This document shows positions 24,204 through 33,511 of a stretch of DNA of 64,000 nucleotides, in pieces. Source of the stretch: Chthoniobacterales bacterium (GTDB lineage: Bacteria; Verrucomicrobiota; Verrucomicrobiia; Chthoniobacterales; UBA10450); assembly GCA_035568035.1 (NCBI GenBank), contig DATMOU010000015.1:28026-92025 (forward strand), written 5' to 3'. Position numbers and translations under genes: made by a program. The stretch's first letter is position 1, and each line of letters begins with the position of its first letter. Under the pieces are notes generated by a model. The model saw nothing but the letters and a program-made list of their open reading frames with translations, was not told where the DNA came from and made no database searches.

Positions 24204-25154
24204 TCATTTGGCGCGCGATTCTAAAAACCAATCCACGAATCGCGGCAGACCGTCTCCGAATTTCGTTTTCGGATTGTAGCTAAGGAGCTTGCGCGCCTTG
24301 GAAATGTCGGCGCAAGTCAACGGCATATCGCCCGGTTGTTCGGACAATCGATTGATCTTCGCTTTCTTCCCGAGGGCGTTTTCGATCGCCGCGATCAAAT
24401 CCTTCAACTGGATCGTGTCGCTCTCGCCGAGATTAAAAACGTCGAACCTCGGCCCGTCATAATTCAGCGCGGCCACCGTCCCCTGAATAATATCGTCGAC
24501 GTAGGTGTAATCGCGGCGTGTTGTACCATCGCCGAATTGATCGATTGCCTCGCCGGCATGAATTTTTCGAGTGAACTGATGAATCGCGAGGTCCGGGCGT
24601 TGCCGCGCGCCGTAAACCGTGAAATACCGCAAGGCGACGACCCTCATTTCGTAGAGATGCGAATAAGTCGAACACAGAAACTCTCCAGCAATCTTCGTCG
24701 CCGCATACGGACTCAATGTTTGGGTGAGATGTTCCTCTTCGGAGAACGGCACTTTCTTTGCCGCGCCGTAAACGGACGAGCTTGATGCGAAGATGAATCT
24801 GTCGGCTCCAGTCGACCGCGCCGCTTCGAGCACATGAAGCGTCCCCGCAAGATTCGTATCGTAATAAAGTTGCGGCTGCTGAATCGACGGCCGAACACCA
24901 GCTCGCGCGGCCAGATGAAAGATCGCGTCGAACCTTTCCTGCTGAAATAAAGCCGCGACTTTTTTGCCGTCCCGAAGATCGACATCGTGAACTGCGACAT
25001 CGTTCGCGAACGCCGCAATGTTCGCGCGCTTGATCTTCGGATCGTAAAAATCGTTAAAGTTGTCGAGGGCCGCGACCTCGTTCCCATCATCCAGCAGTTT
25101 TTCGACTAAATGCGAGCCGATGAACCCCGCACCGCCAGTGACGAGAACTTTCAT
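24204..25154 (-). CDS. NAD-dependent epimerase/dehydratase (UDP-glucuronate 4-epimerase-like)
   Basis: MKVLVTGGAGFIGSHLVEKLL Rossmann motif, the catalytic YAATK motif, and extended-SDR length (316 aa). Confidence 0.88.
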   Translation of the reverse strand: MKVLVTGGAGFIGSHLVEKLLDDGNEVAALDNFNDFYDPKIKRANIAAFANDVAVHDVDLRDGKKVAALFQQERFDAIFHLAARAGVRPSIQQPQLYYDTNLAGTLHVLEAARSTGADRFIFASSSSVYGAAKKVPFSEEEHLTQTLSPYAATKIAGEFLCSTYSHLYEMRVVALRYFTVYGARQRPDLAIHQFTRKIHAGEAIDQFGDGTTRRDYTYVDDIIQGTVAALNYDGPRFDVFNLGESDTIQLKDLIAAIENALGKKAKINRLSEQPGDMPLTCADISKARKLLSYNPKTKFGDGLPRFVDWFLESRAK

Positions 25155-25247
25155 TGGCCTGTAAGATTAGCCACAGATGAACACAGATCGACACCGATTT
25201 CAGAATTACTCTTATCTGTGTTTAATCCGCGTTAATCTGTGGCCCGA

Positions 25248-25865
25248 ATGAGATTCGCGGTTTTGATCGTACTCGCGTTTGTCATTTCCTTTCTCGCGAC
25301 GCTAGCATGGAAGCTTTGGCCGGAGCTCACGCAGCCGAAGTCTGTCGATCCGGCATTTCGACTTCCGTCGCCGCTCGAGCTCGAATCAATTCCGACGGCG
25401 AGCCATTTCGATTTCCCGCTCGGTAACGAAAACGGCGCCATGGCTTACAACGCGCAGCGTTTTACCGAGAACAAACATCTCGGTGACGATTGGAACGGCA
25501 TCGGCGGCGAAAACAGTGATCTTGGCGATCCGATCTACGCGATCGCCGATGGTCGCGTTCTATTGGCGCGCGAGGGCGGCTTGGGTTGGGGCAATATCGT
25601 GATTTTACTGCACGCCTATCTTGAAAACGGCCGACGAAAATATGTGCAGTCGTATTACGGACACGTTCAGGACATGCTGGTTCGTCCGGGCGAAACGGTG
25701 AAACGCGGTCAACAAATTGCCACTGTCGGCACCGCCAACGGCCGCTACTTCGCCCATCTTCATTTTGAAATGCGTGAATTCATCACGCCATTCATCGGCC
25801 CTGGTTACCGCGAAGACACTCGCGGGTGGATCAATCCGACAAAGTTCGTCGAAGAGCACCGATGA
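25248..25865 (+). CDS. M23 family metallopeptidase
   Basis: Signal/TM N-terminus. HLGDDWN (HxxxD) and HLHFEM (HxH) zinc motifs, plus ..IYAIADGRV.. Confidence 0.85.
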   Translation: MRFAVLIVLAFVISFLATLAWKLWPELTQPKSVDPAFRLPSPLELESIPTASHFDFPLGNENGAMAYNAQRFTENKHLGDDWNGIGGENSDLGDPIYAIADGRVLLAREGGLGWGNIVILLHAYLENGRRKYVQSYYGHVQDMLVRPGETVKRGQQIATVGTANGRYFAHLHFEMREFITPFIGPGYREDTRGWINPTKFVEEHR

Positions 25866-25875
25866 GTCCGAGCAT

Positions 25876-25965
25876 AGGTGGATCGAGCAGCCCCCTGCTC
25901 GATGTTAAACTTGGCGGCGAAGCCGCACTACTAATAGCATCGTCCGCGGAGCGGCCGATCCACCT
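25876..25965. repeat. two facing family-C REP hairpins (25876-25908 and 25933-25965)
   Basis: AGGTGGATCGAGCAGCCCCCTGCTCGATGTTAA ... TAGCATCGTCCGCGGAGCGGCCGATCCACCT. The two copies lie in inverted orientation. Confidence 0.65.
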
Positions 25966-25980
25966 TCATTTTCGACTTGA

Positions 25981-26775
25981 ATGAACCTCGATAACTGCAA
26001 CGCGCTGATCACGGGCGCTTCGGCCGGAATCGGCCGGGAGTTTGCGCGACAGCTGGCGAATCGAGTCCGAACTCTTGTACTGGTCGCTCGCCGCGAAGAA
26101 CGGCTGAACGAATTGCGCGATGAGCTGCACAGTCGCAACGCGCAATTGAATGTTCACACGCGGGTTGTCGATCTTTGCCAAAAAACGCAAATCGACGACC
26201 TCGTTCGCTGGCTCGAGCAAAACAAGATCGACATCGATTTCCTGATCAACAATGCCGGGCTCGGTGACGTCGGACCCTTTGCGGCGTCGCAGCCGCAAAG
26301 GAATGACGAAATGTTGCAGGTAAACGTCGTCGCGCTGACCACGTTGACGCGGGCGTTGTTGCCGCAAATGCGTTCGCGAAAACGGGGTACGATTTTGAAT
26401 GTGAGCTCATCGGCCGGGTTTCTCCCGATCCCTGGCATGGCTGTTTACGCAGCGACCAAAGCATACGTGAACAGCTTCTCGGAAGCACTCCGCGCGGAAC
26501 TGCGCGGCAGTGGTGTGACCGTGACTGCGCTTTGTCCGGGCCCGGTCCACACCGAATTCGGAGACGTCGCGAAACGTCCCGGTGGTGAACCTGAACACGG
26601 CCCTGGGTTTGTTTACGTTTCGGTGGAGAAAACAGCGCGCGACGCTCTCGCCGCGGCCGAAGCCGATCGTCAACTCGTGATTCCCGGTCTGTTCATGAAA
26701 CTCGGCATGTTCCTCGTCCGGATCACACCGATGCCGATCTTGCGCCTCGCGTGGCGGCTTGGCGCGAAGCGCTAA
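25981..26775 (+). CDS. SDR family oxidoreductase
   Basis: ALITGASAGIGREFARQLA (TGxxxGxG) and the YAATKAY catalytic motif. 264 aa. Confidence 0.88.
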   Translation: MNLDNCNALITGASAGIGREFARQLANRVRTLVLVARREERLNELRDELHSRNAQLNVHTRVVDLCQKTQIDDLVRWLEQNKIDIDFLINNAGLGDVGPFAASQPQRNDEMLQVNVVALTTLTRALLPQMRSRKRGTILNVSSSAGFLPIPGMAVYAATKAYVNSFSEALRAELRGSGVTVTALCPGPVHTEFGDVAKRPGGEPEHGPGFVYVSVEKTARDALAAAEADRQLVIPGLFMKLGMFLVRITPMPILRLAWRLGAKR

Positions 26776-26817
26776 AACGAAAGCGGCGGTCGAATGACCG
26801 CCAGCTCTGAAACTTAA

Positions 26818-26876
26818 AGGTGGATCGTGCTCTCCGAGCGCGATCAGAACGCGTTAGGGACAACGCGTTCCACCTT
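26818..26876. repeat. family-C REP variant with two hairpins bounded by AGGTGGATCG ... CGTTCCACCT
   Basis: AGGTGGATCGTGCTCTCCGAGCGCGATCAGAACGCGTTAGGGACAACGCGTTCCACCT. Abuts the TAA stop of the minus-strand redoxin gene. Confidence 0.6.
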
Positions 26877-27489
26877 AGGACGACTTGTATTTGACCGAGC
26901 AGCCGTAGGGTTTGGTTTGCGCGTTGGAGACCGGCTTGCCGGAGAGCGCTTCGTCGAGCGCGGCTTTCACGTAATTGGTCGAGCTCGGGATGTCGGCAGG
27001 ATTCGGCGTCGCCTTGCTGTCGATCGCGCCTTCGTAAACAATTTTACCGTCCGGACCGATGACCACCATGTTTGGCGTGTTCTTGGCGCCGTACAGTTTG
27101 GCGATATTGCTTTCAGGATCGAGGAGCAGCGCAGTCTGCTTCGTTTTCCAAGAATCCATGATTTTCTTTGCCTGGTCGGCAGTGATGTTCCCTTCCGTTC
27201 CGGGCGCGTTCGAATCGATCGTCAGCCAGACAACGCCTCTGCGCGTGTATTCAGCCTGCAGCTTTTGCATGTTGTCGCTGCCGTAATGTTTCTTCACGAA
27301 CGGGCACTCGGGATTAAACCATTCGAGCACGACGTATTTGCCCTTGTATTCCGAGAGCGATTGCGTTTTGCCGTCGGCGTCCGGCGCGGAGAAGTCAGGC
27401 GCGGCGCTGCCAACCGGTGGAACGTCGGACGCGTAAAGCGCGCCGGCTGCGAGTGAGGTGAGTGCGGTGAGGATTAGTTTTGTTTTCAT
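26875..27489 (-). CDS. periplasmic thioredoxin-fold redoxin (peroxiredoxin/TlpA-like)
   Basis: Signal peptide. ..DFSAPDADGKTQSLSEYKGKYVVLEWFNPECPFVKKHY.. shows redoxin-family layout. Lies 3 nt downstream of the DsbD-like gene. Confidence 0.75.
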   Translation of the reverse strand: MKTKLILTALTSLAAGALYASDVPPVGSAAPDFSAPDADGKTQSLSEYKGKYVVLEWFNPECPFVKKHYGSDNMQKLQAEYTRRGVVWLTIDSNAPGTEGNITADQAKKIMDSWKTKQTALLLDPESNIAKLYGAKNTPNMVVIGPDGKIVYEGAIDSKATPNPADIPSSTNYVKAALDEALSGKPVSNAQTKPYGCSVKYKSS

Positions 27490-27492
27490 AAA

Positions 27493-29607
27493 TTATCGTG
27501 AAGCGACAGTGATGGTTTCGAGTTTATCGAGAAGAATATTCTTAGTGAGCAATTCCGGAAAGACAATCGGCTCCTGCGACTTCCCCGGATAAAGCACGTA
27601 TAATGGGACACCCGGACGGCCAAATTGTTGAAGCAATTTCGTGATGACGGGGTCGCCGTTGGTCCAATCGGCCTTCAATTTTACAACGCCATGACGCTGA
27701 AAAGCGTCGCGAACCTCGGAATTCTCCAGCACAGCCTTCTCATTGAACTTGCAGGTGAGACACCAGGCGGCGGTGAAATCGACAAACACGGCGTGATCTT
27801 GTTCCCTTTCGCTTTGCAAGCGTTCAGGCGTAAACGGCTGCCAGTCGCCGCCCGACGCGTTCTGAGCAATGTCGATTTTCGATGACTGAAATTTGTCGCC
27901 GATAAAATAAAAACCGCCCGCGACCAGAAGCACGAACATGAGACCGCACGCAATCGCGCGTTTCAATCCGGATTCGGTGGGAATGATGAACGCGCCTTTC
28001 ATCCAGCAGGCGAGAGCGATGATCAGCAGAAAGCAACTCGCCCAAATCGCGCCATCGAGTCCGCGTTGAGCGCCGAGCACATACAAAAGAAAGAGGAGCG
28101 TCGCGAGCAGCAGGAAACCCATGAATTGTTTCACGTGCACCATCCAAGGCCCGGGCTGCGGCAGAAACCGCATCCAGCCCGGTTGTGCGCTGAGCAGAAA
28201 ATAAGGGGCGCTCATGCCGGCAGCGATCGCGACGAACATCGACAAAATGACCAGCGGCGATTGAGCGAAGGCAAATCCGAGCGCAGTACCGAGAAATGGC
28301 GCCGTGCACGGCGTCGCGAGAACCGTGGCGAACACGCCTTGAAAAAATGAGCCGAGATCGTCTTTGCGTTCCGCGGTTGAAAGCATCCCGCGACTCAGAC
28401 TTGGCGGCAGCGAAATTTCGAAGACACCAAAAAGATTGAGCGCGAACACGAGAACAATGACACCTAGCGTGAGAACGAAATATGCGTTGGTGAATTGAAA
28501 GCCGCCCCAAGTCAGGTCGCGACCCGCGGATTTCAACGCGATCAGTAACAATGCCAGCGCGATGAACCAGGCAAAAATCCCGGCAGTGAACGCAAGCCCG
28601 CTACGGAAGATTTTCCTCCTACTTTCGCCAGCCTGCTTGATGAAGCCGAAGATCTTGAGCGAGATCACCGGCAGCACGCACGGCATCAGATTTAAAATGA
28701 ATCCGCCGATGAATCCGAAAAGCAAAAACGTAGCGAGTCCGCGCGACGGTTGCGCGATTGGCGGCGCCGCGGCCACTCGAGCGGGCCCAACTTCCCACGC
28801 GGTGCGATCATTTCCGTTTTCGCGCTGCGCGAGGACGACCAGACCAGGCATCGACGTTAAACTTCTGTCCGCCGATTCGATTGGAATTTTGAAGGAGATT
28901 TCATTGGCCGTGCGCGATTCGATGCTGGGGTGACCGACAACCGCGTTGCCTTGCGGCAGCGGGAAAAAGTCGATCGCCTGGTAATTGGCGATCTGTTCGC
29001 TACTAATTTTGAAATCAAGATCGTTGCCAGCGCGGCTCCAAGTTGTGCTCGCCGTTTTTGCGTCGGGAAATTTTTGAGGAAGCAAACGGCGATAACGGGC
29101 GAACAGATCGGTGTTTTTCGGCTCGGCCGATGTTGAAGTTGACAACTCGAGCGCGAGATTTGCGTTGCCGGGGATGCAAATCTTTTCGCAGACGAGCCAA
29201 TCGCTCTGAGCGGAAAGTTTTATCGATGATTCGGCGACCTTCGCCGAAGGCGTGATTTCCTGAATAAGAAGAACTTCGTCCTGATAACCATAGGTAAGGA
29301 TGTCACCAGGATCGATTGTCTTTAGTGGGATCGGCCATTGGATCTCGCCCACTTTCCAACCGGGCGGCAAATTCCATTTGATCTCAGTGGGCAGACCAGC
29401 GTCGCCGGAATACTTCCAATAAGTGTGCCAGCCGGGCGCCATCCGCAGAAGAAGGCCAACGCTGAATGGTCTGCCGGGAACGACTGCCGACGTATCAGCG
29501 AGCAGGGAAGCTTTGACCAACTCCTTGCCCTGGTAGGTTTGGGCGGCCGCCGTATGGGCCAACAAAACCGCGCAGGCCGCGATCGATAGCTGACGCAATG
29601 AAGGCAT
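27493..29607 (-). CDS. dsbD: thiol:disulfide interchange protein DsbD-like (N-terminal DsbD-alpha-like domain, membrane core, C-terminal thioredoxin)
   Basis: Signal peptide from ATG 29607. Central cytochrome-c-biogenesis/DsbD membrane core (..LNLMPCVLPV.., ..ATPCTAPFLG..) and a C-terminal Trx motif (..FTAAWCLTCK..). The frame is open to 29658. Confidence 0.85.
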   Translation of the reverse strand: MPSLRQLSIAACAVLLAHTAAAQTYQGKELVKASLLADTSAVVPGRPFSVGLLLRMAPGWHTYWKYSGDAGLPTEIKWNLPPGWKVGEIQWPIPLKTIDPGDILTYGYQDEVLLIQEITPSAKVAESSIKLSAQSDWLVCEKICIPGNANLALELSTSTSAEPKNTDLFARYRRLLPQKFPDAKTASTTWSRAGNDLDFKISSEQIANYQAIDFFPLPQGNAVVGHPSIESRTANEISFKIPIESADRSLTSMPGLVVLAQRENGNDRTAWEVGPARVAAAPPIAQPSRGLATFLLFGFIGGFILNLMPCVLPVISLKIFGFIKQAGESRRKIFRSGLAFTAGIFAWFIALALLLIALKSAGRDLTWGGFQFTNAYFVLTLGVIVLVFALNLFGVFEISLPPSLSRGMLSTAERKDDLGSFFQGVFATVLATPCTAPFLGTALGFAFAQSPLVILSMFVAIAAGMSAPYFLLSAQPGWMRFLPQPGPWMVHVKQFMGFLLLATLLFLLYVLGAQRGLDGAIWASCFLLIIALACWMKGAFIIPTESGLKRAIACGLMFVLLVAGGFYFIGDKFQSSKIDIAQNASGGDWQPFTPERLQSEREQDHAVFVDFTAAWCLTCKFNEKAVLENSEVRDAFQRHGVVKLKADWTNGDPVITKLLQQFGRPGVPLYVLYPGKSQEPIVFPELLTKNILLDKLETITVASR

Positions 29608-29676
29608 CCTCAAAATTACCACCGGCCTAACCGCACCGCAAAGAAGACTGGCTCGCATCGTGCTGCGGAATATGAC

Positions 29677-29925
29677 ATGCGCGGTTTCCTAACGTTCATT
29701 GCAATAGCCGGAATCGCTGGCGGGTTATTCCTCTGGCAGAAGCATAATGAATTGAAAACGACAGCTGCAGGGGAAGAGATCTCGGCGAAATCAACGCCGG
29801 CGCCACGCCAAACCTACGAACACGATTGGGCCAAGCATTCGCTCGACACCACGCATTCCGTCATCGACCAGATCCAACGGCAACGAAAAGACGACGACCT
29901 GAAAGACGCAGTCGGACGCCGTTAA
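29677..29925 (+). CDS. small hypothetical membrane-anchored protein
   Basis: 82-aa ORF with one N-terminal TM helix (FLTFIAIAGIAGGLFLW). No recognisable family. Confidence 0.4.
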   Translation: MRGFLTFIAIAGIAGGLFLWQKHNELKTTAAGEEISAKSTPAPRQTYEHDWAKHSLDTTHSVIDQIQRQRKDDDLKDAVGRR

Positions 29926-29972
29926 GATGTCCTAAACACCGGGCAGGCAATTGCTCTTGAGTGCGCTGCGAA

Positions 29973-30560
29973 TTACCTGGCGGGATGATCGGCTAAATCG
30001 CCGAGCTGTTTGTGAATAGCCGATTTCAGATCATCCGCTGAAATCGCCTCGGTAACATCGGCGGCCGTGGCGGCTTCTTCATTGTGGCCAAGCTGTGTCA
30101 GGTCACGAACCAGCTCGCCATCGCCGTTAAAGACGACATCGCGACTGGTTTGATCATCATGCTGAACGTGGAACCGGCCATGACTAATGCCGACAAGCGG
30201 AACGAACTGATCGTTGTTGTGTTCGACAAAAAGAATCTCGCGATCACCGACTTTGAACTTGGGCGTGTCGGTCACTTCCATGGTCTGGTCCCCAACAGTG
30301 CCGCCAAGCATTCGAATCGTATACGAAGAGCCAGGCTGACCCTTCACGCTGTCTTCGACGTTGAACGTCACGTAGGTTTCGATGTGGCGCTGGCCGCCTT
30401 CACCTTCCCAAACCGAGCGAGTATCAGTGACAGTTCCCTGAAAAATCAGTTCAGCCTGCTGAACAAGTTGCTCAAAAGTCGGCGGGATCACCGTCGTCGC
30501 GGGCATGCGTGTGAAGGCAAGACTGATAAGGATGAGTGGGAGAAGATATTTGATTTTCAT
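29973..30560 (-). CDS. secreted hypothetical protein (sequence pattern resembles a TIMP/NTR-type OB fold)
   Basis: Signal peptide MKIKYLLPLILISLAFT. Pattern AELIFQGTV..W....IETYVTFNVEDSVKG..YTIRMLGG..KFKVGDREILFV. Lies 21 nt downstream of the matrixin gene on the same strand. Confidence 0.55.
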   Translation of the reverse strand: MKIKYLLPLILISLAFTRMPATTVIPPTFEQLVQQAELIFQGTVTDTRSVWEGEGGQRHIETYVTFNVEDSVKGQPGSSYTIRMLGGTVGDQTMEVTDTPKFKVGDREILFVEHNNDQFVPLVGISHGRFHVQHDDQTSRDVVFNGDGELVRDLTQLGHNEEAATAADVTEAISADDLKSAIHKQLGDLADHPAR

Positions 30561-30581
30561 GTAAGAAAAAAGGTTCGTTAT

Positions 30582-31697
30582 TTATTTCGTTAGGGAGACT
30601 GACGCGCTGTACGGTTTCGATACGAGATATTCGGAACCTGTATTGAGCGTCATTGTTACTGTCTTGGGGCGCCTTGCGGCGCTCAACTCAGTCAATGTGA
30701 CCGTTGCCGAGTTCGAGCCCGCCTGAATCGTGACATGGCCCGGTGTTCCGCTAAGCGAGTAATTGGAGCCGAGCACGGCACCGCTGCTCATTCGATAGCC
30801 CACCGTAATTGTGTTTGACGCCGGCGTTGATGTTGAGACTGTGAATACCGCCGCGCCGCCGGGTCGGATGCTGCTCGGGGAGGCCGAGATCGACACGAAC
30901 ACCTTGGAAGCAGTCGGCGTGGGAGTAATTGACGGTGTCGGCGTTGGTGTGGCGCTCGGAGTTGGGCTAGGCGTCGGTGTGGCACCGGGCGTTGGCGTGG
31001 CGCTTGGCGCTGGCGTTGGTGTCGCGCTTGGCGTTGGCGTCGGTGTAGGAGTCGGCGAACCACTCGGAGCTCCATACAACGCCTGAATGCCGGCGATATC
31101 GTCCGCTTGAAGCGAGTCCGAATTGTTGATGAATGCGTTCATGATCGCGGTCGAAATGGTTGAATGCGCCATACCGAGAAGGTGCCCGCTTTCGTGGAGC
31201 GCGACGCGCTGGATATCGAATGCGGACCTCAAATTGCCGCGATAAGAATCCCAGGACTGAGCGGCGTTAAACACGATATCCGCTTCGGTCATCGTCGATC
31301 CGGAATAACTGTAATAGGTAACGGCGAGCGTACCCGATCCAAAGCTGTGACCAAAAAAAGTACTGCCAAAGGACATGGAGTTGACGTGATCTCCCGAGAC
31401 GATCGGCGCGGTCGAATTCATCACTCGCCCCAGCTGAATGCTCCCCATCACCTGGTTCCACATGTCGAGAGCGGGCGAGACGGCCGAATTCCATGAGGTA
31501 TTGCCATCGCTCAGTGTGTAATTCGCAGAACCGAGCTCTAATTGAATCGTTGGATTGGACCCATTCGGCCATTTGGGGCCTTCAAGGGCATAGGCCTGCA
31601 CCGCCTTGGGGAAAGCTGAGACGAGAAAGATCGTTCCAAGCAACGACACCGCTGTTTTCAAGTAAAAGATCGATCGATGAGCGAGCAGAGGGGTCAT
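30582..31697 (-). CDS. matrixin-family (M10) zinc metalloprotease with a PT-rich linker and C-terminal Ig/Calx-beta-like domain
   Basis: HExxHxxGxxH motif ([14 protein letters not shown]). A ~50-aa (P/T/S/A) linker, [25 protein letters not shown]... Signal/TM N-terminus. Confidence 0.85.
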   Translation of the reverse strand: MTPLLAHRSIFYLKTAVSLLGTIFLVSAFPKAVQAYALEGPKWPNGSNPTIQLELGSANYTLSDGNTSWNSAVSPALDMWNQVMGSIQLGRVMNSTAPIVSGDHVNSMSFGSTFFGHSFGSGTLAVTYYSYSGSTMTEADIVFNAAQSWDSYRGNLRSAFDIQRVALHESGHLLGMAHSTISTAIMNAFINNSDSLQADDIAGIQALYGAPSGSPTPTPTPTPSATPTPAPSATPTPGATPTPSPTPSATPTPTPSITPTPTASKVFVSISASPSSIRPGGAAVFTVSTSTPASNTITVGYRMSSGAVLGSNYSLSGTPGHVTIQAGSNSATVTLTELSAARRPKTVTMTLNTGSEYLVSKPYSASVSLTK

Positions 31698-31759
31698 ATT
31701 TTCTATGCATTCTAGAAAAGCAATATCCGTGCGCGCAGCTGCCCGACAGCCGGGAAATA

Positions 31760-32185
31760 CTATGGAACAACAAAAATCTTCTGCGTTTCCGGATCTTTCA
31801 CTTTGCTTCCCGGCGCGTAGCCGCTGACGTCGATATATCCCCCATTAGCTTTGAATGGACTGAAAACTAAACCGGGTTTGCCCGGAACAGGTTTCGCCAC
31901 CGGAAATTGGGATGCGACGGCAGACGGAGTTGTTTTGCTCGCAACCGGTTTTGGCGTCGCAATCGATGATCGCTGGATCGATTTCCGCGAGGCCACCCGC
32001 GGGGTTGGCGATGGAACCGGCAATGGTTTTCCCGGGCGGGTAACATCAGTGTTAGGAGCCGGCGTCGGTTCCGGTGAACTAAAAACGTAGCGAACCGGCG
32101 CGGTGATTACGCGGCCGACTCCACAGCCTGTCAGGCCGATTGCGATTGATGCGACCAACACAATCGCCAGCGACCTCCAATTCAT
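31760..32185 (-). CDS. hypothetical lipoprotein
   Basis: [21 protein letters not shown] lipobox, a Pro-rich linker, and a C-terminal ..[37 protein letters not shown] module. The frame is open to 32242. Confidence 0.6.
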   Translation of the reverse strand: MNWRSLAIVLVASIAIGLTGCGVGRVITAPVRYVFSSPEPTPAPNTDVTRPGKPLPVPSPTPRVASRKSIQRSSIATPKPVASKTTPSAVASQFPVAKPVPGKPGLVFSPFKANGGYIDVSGYAPGSKVKDPETQKIFVVP

Positions 32186-32210
32186 CGCGTTCTTATAAGT
32201 CGACTTTTCT

Positions 32211-33245
32211 TTAACGCAACAAATCGGTGACGAGTTGATCAATATCGGCCTGAGTAGTCGCCCACGAACACATCAATCGATAAACATCAGGCTCGACGAA
32301 TTTGTAAAAATGCCAGCCGCGCGCGTGCAGCCTGCGCAACAGCGAATCAGAGAGACGGACGAAAACGGCGTTCGCTTCAACCGGAAACGCAATGTTGATC
32401 TTTGCGTCGTTCTGCAGTCGTCCGGCAAGTCTTTGCGCCATCGTGTTCGCGTGATTCGCGTTATTCAACCAAACGCCGTTATTCAACAGACCAAGCCAGG
32501 GCGCGGCGAAGAAGCGCATCTTCGAAGCCAACTGCCCCGCCTGCTTCATTCGATAATCGAACTCCCGCGCGAGCTCCTTCTTGAAAAAAACCACCAGTTC
32601 ACCAGCGGCCAGGCCGTTCTTTGTTCCGCCGAAACAGAGAACATCGACGCCGCATTGCCACGTAATTTCCTTTGGCAAGCACTTCAATGTTGCAACCGCA
32701 TTCGCGAATCGTGCGCCATCCATGTGCAAGAACATTTCGTGTCTTTGGGCCAACGCAGCGACCGCATTGATTTCGTCGCGAGTGTAAGCCGCGCCGAGCT
32801 CTGTTGCTTGGGTAATGCTAATTGCGCGCGGCTTGTGCGCATGAAGCTCGGGTTGGCGCACAATGACCCATTCGACTTCGTCGATATCGATCTTTCCGCC
32901 GGCGCCACCAATCAATAGCAGCTTCGAACCGCGCGTAAAAAATTCCGGAGCTCCACATTCGTCAGTTTGAATGTGCGCCTGCCGGTGACAAACAACACTG
33001 TGAAACGATTGGCAAACCTGGGCCAGCGCGAGCGCGTTGGCGGCAGTGCCGTTGAAGACCAGGTAGCTATCACAATCGGTCTCAAAAACGCCGCGCACCA
33101 AGTCACGAACGCGGCGCATCCATTCGTCGTCGCCATAGGATTCCGCAGCTCCGCCATTGGCTTCTTCGAGCGCAGCCAATGCTTCGGGACAGATGCCAAT
33201 CGTATTGTCGCTCGCGAATTGGTGGTGCTCGCGCGGTTTCTCCAT
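32211..33245 (-). CDS. ltaE: low-specificity L-threonine aldolase
   Basis: Beta-eliminating lyase/threonine aldolase family. PLP-lysine context ..LCFGGTKNG.. 344 aa. Confidence 0.82.
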   Translation of the reverse strand: MEKPREHHQFASDNTIGICPEALAALEEANGGAAESYGDDEWMRRVRDLVRGVFETDCDSYLVFNGTAANALALAQVCQSFHSVVCHRQAHIQTDECGAPEFFTRGSKLLLIGGAGGKIDIDEVEWVIVRQPELHAHKPRAISITQATELGAAYTRDEINAVAALAQRHEMFLHMDGARFANAVATLKCLPKEITWQCGVDVLCFGGTKNGLAAGELVVFFKKELAREFDYRMKQAGQLASKMRFFAAPWLGLLNNGVWLNNANHANTMAQRLAGRLQNDAKINIAFPVEANAVFVRLSDSLLRRLHARGWHFYKFVEPDVYRLMCSWATTQADIDQLVTDLLR

Positions 33246-33511
33246 CGCGATTCCTTGCTAATCGACTTCGGAGCGGGCGGCAAATGACAATCCGATGAAA
33301 AGAAGATTGCCTGACGGGCCCGAGCCCAGGGCCTACAGGGCCCGCCAGACAAATCACTCTAACTGCTCCCTGAATCTGAGCCGCACTGAGGCGGCTTTAA
33401 TCTCAACATTCGGAATTCACCCGCAAAGTGACCGTATCCCCGGGGCAGTTTTTTTGCGGGCCTGAAATTCCTCGCCTTTACCTCGGATTGTCGCGCGATT
33501 AGCTTTTGGTC

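Noticed and set aside
25876-25885. Resemblance of the family-C flank TAAGGTGGATC to the complement of the 16S rRNA 3' end, i.e. a Shine-Dalgarno-like sequence.
   Set aside because: No plausible start codon follows at the right distance in most copies. The copies occur after stop codons, not before starts, so this is probably coincidental.
30880-31080. Highly repetitive GGCGTTGGYGT-type DNA that could be mistaken for a tandem-repeat locus or a CRISPR-like array.
   Set aside because: It is the reverse complement of the in-frame (Pro/Thr/Ser/Ala)n linker of the matrixin gene. There is no repeat-spacer organisation.
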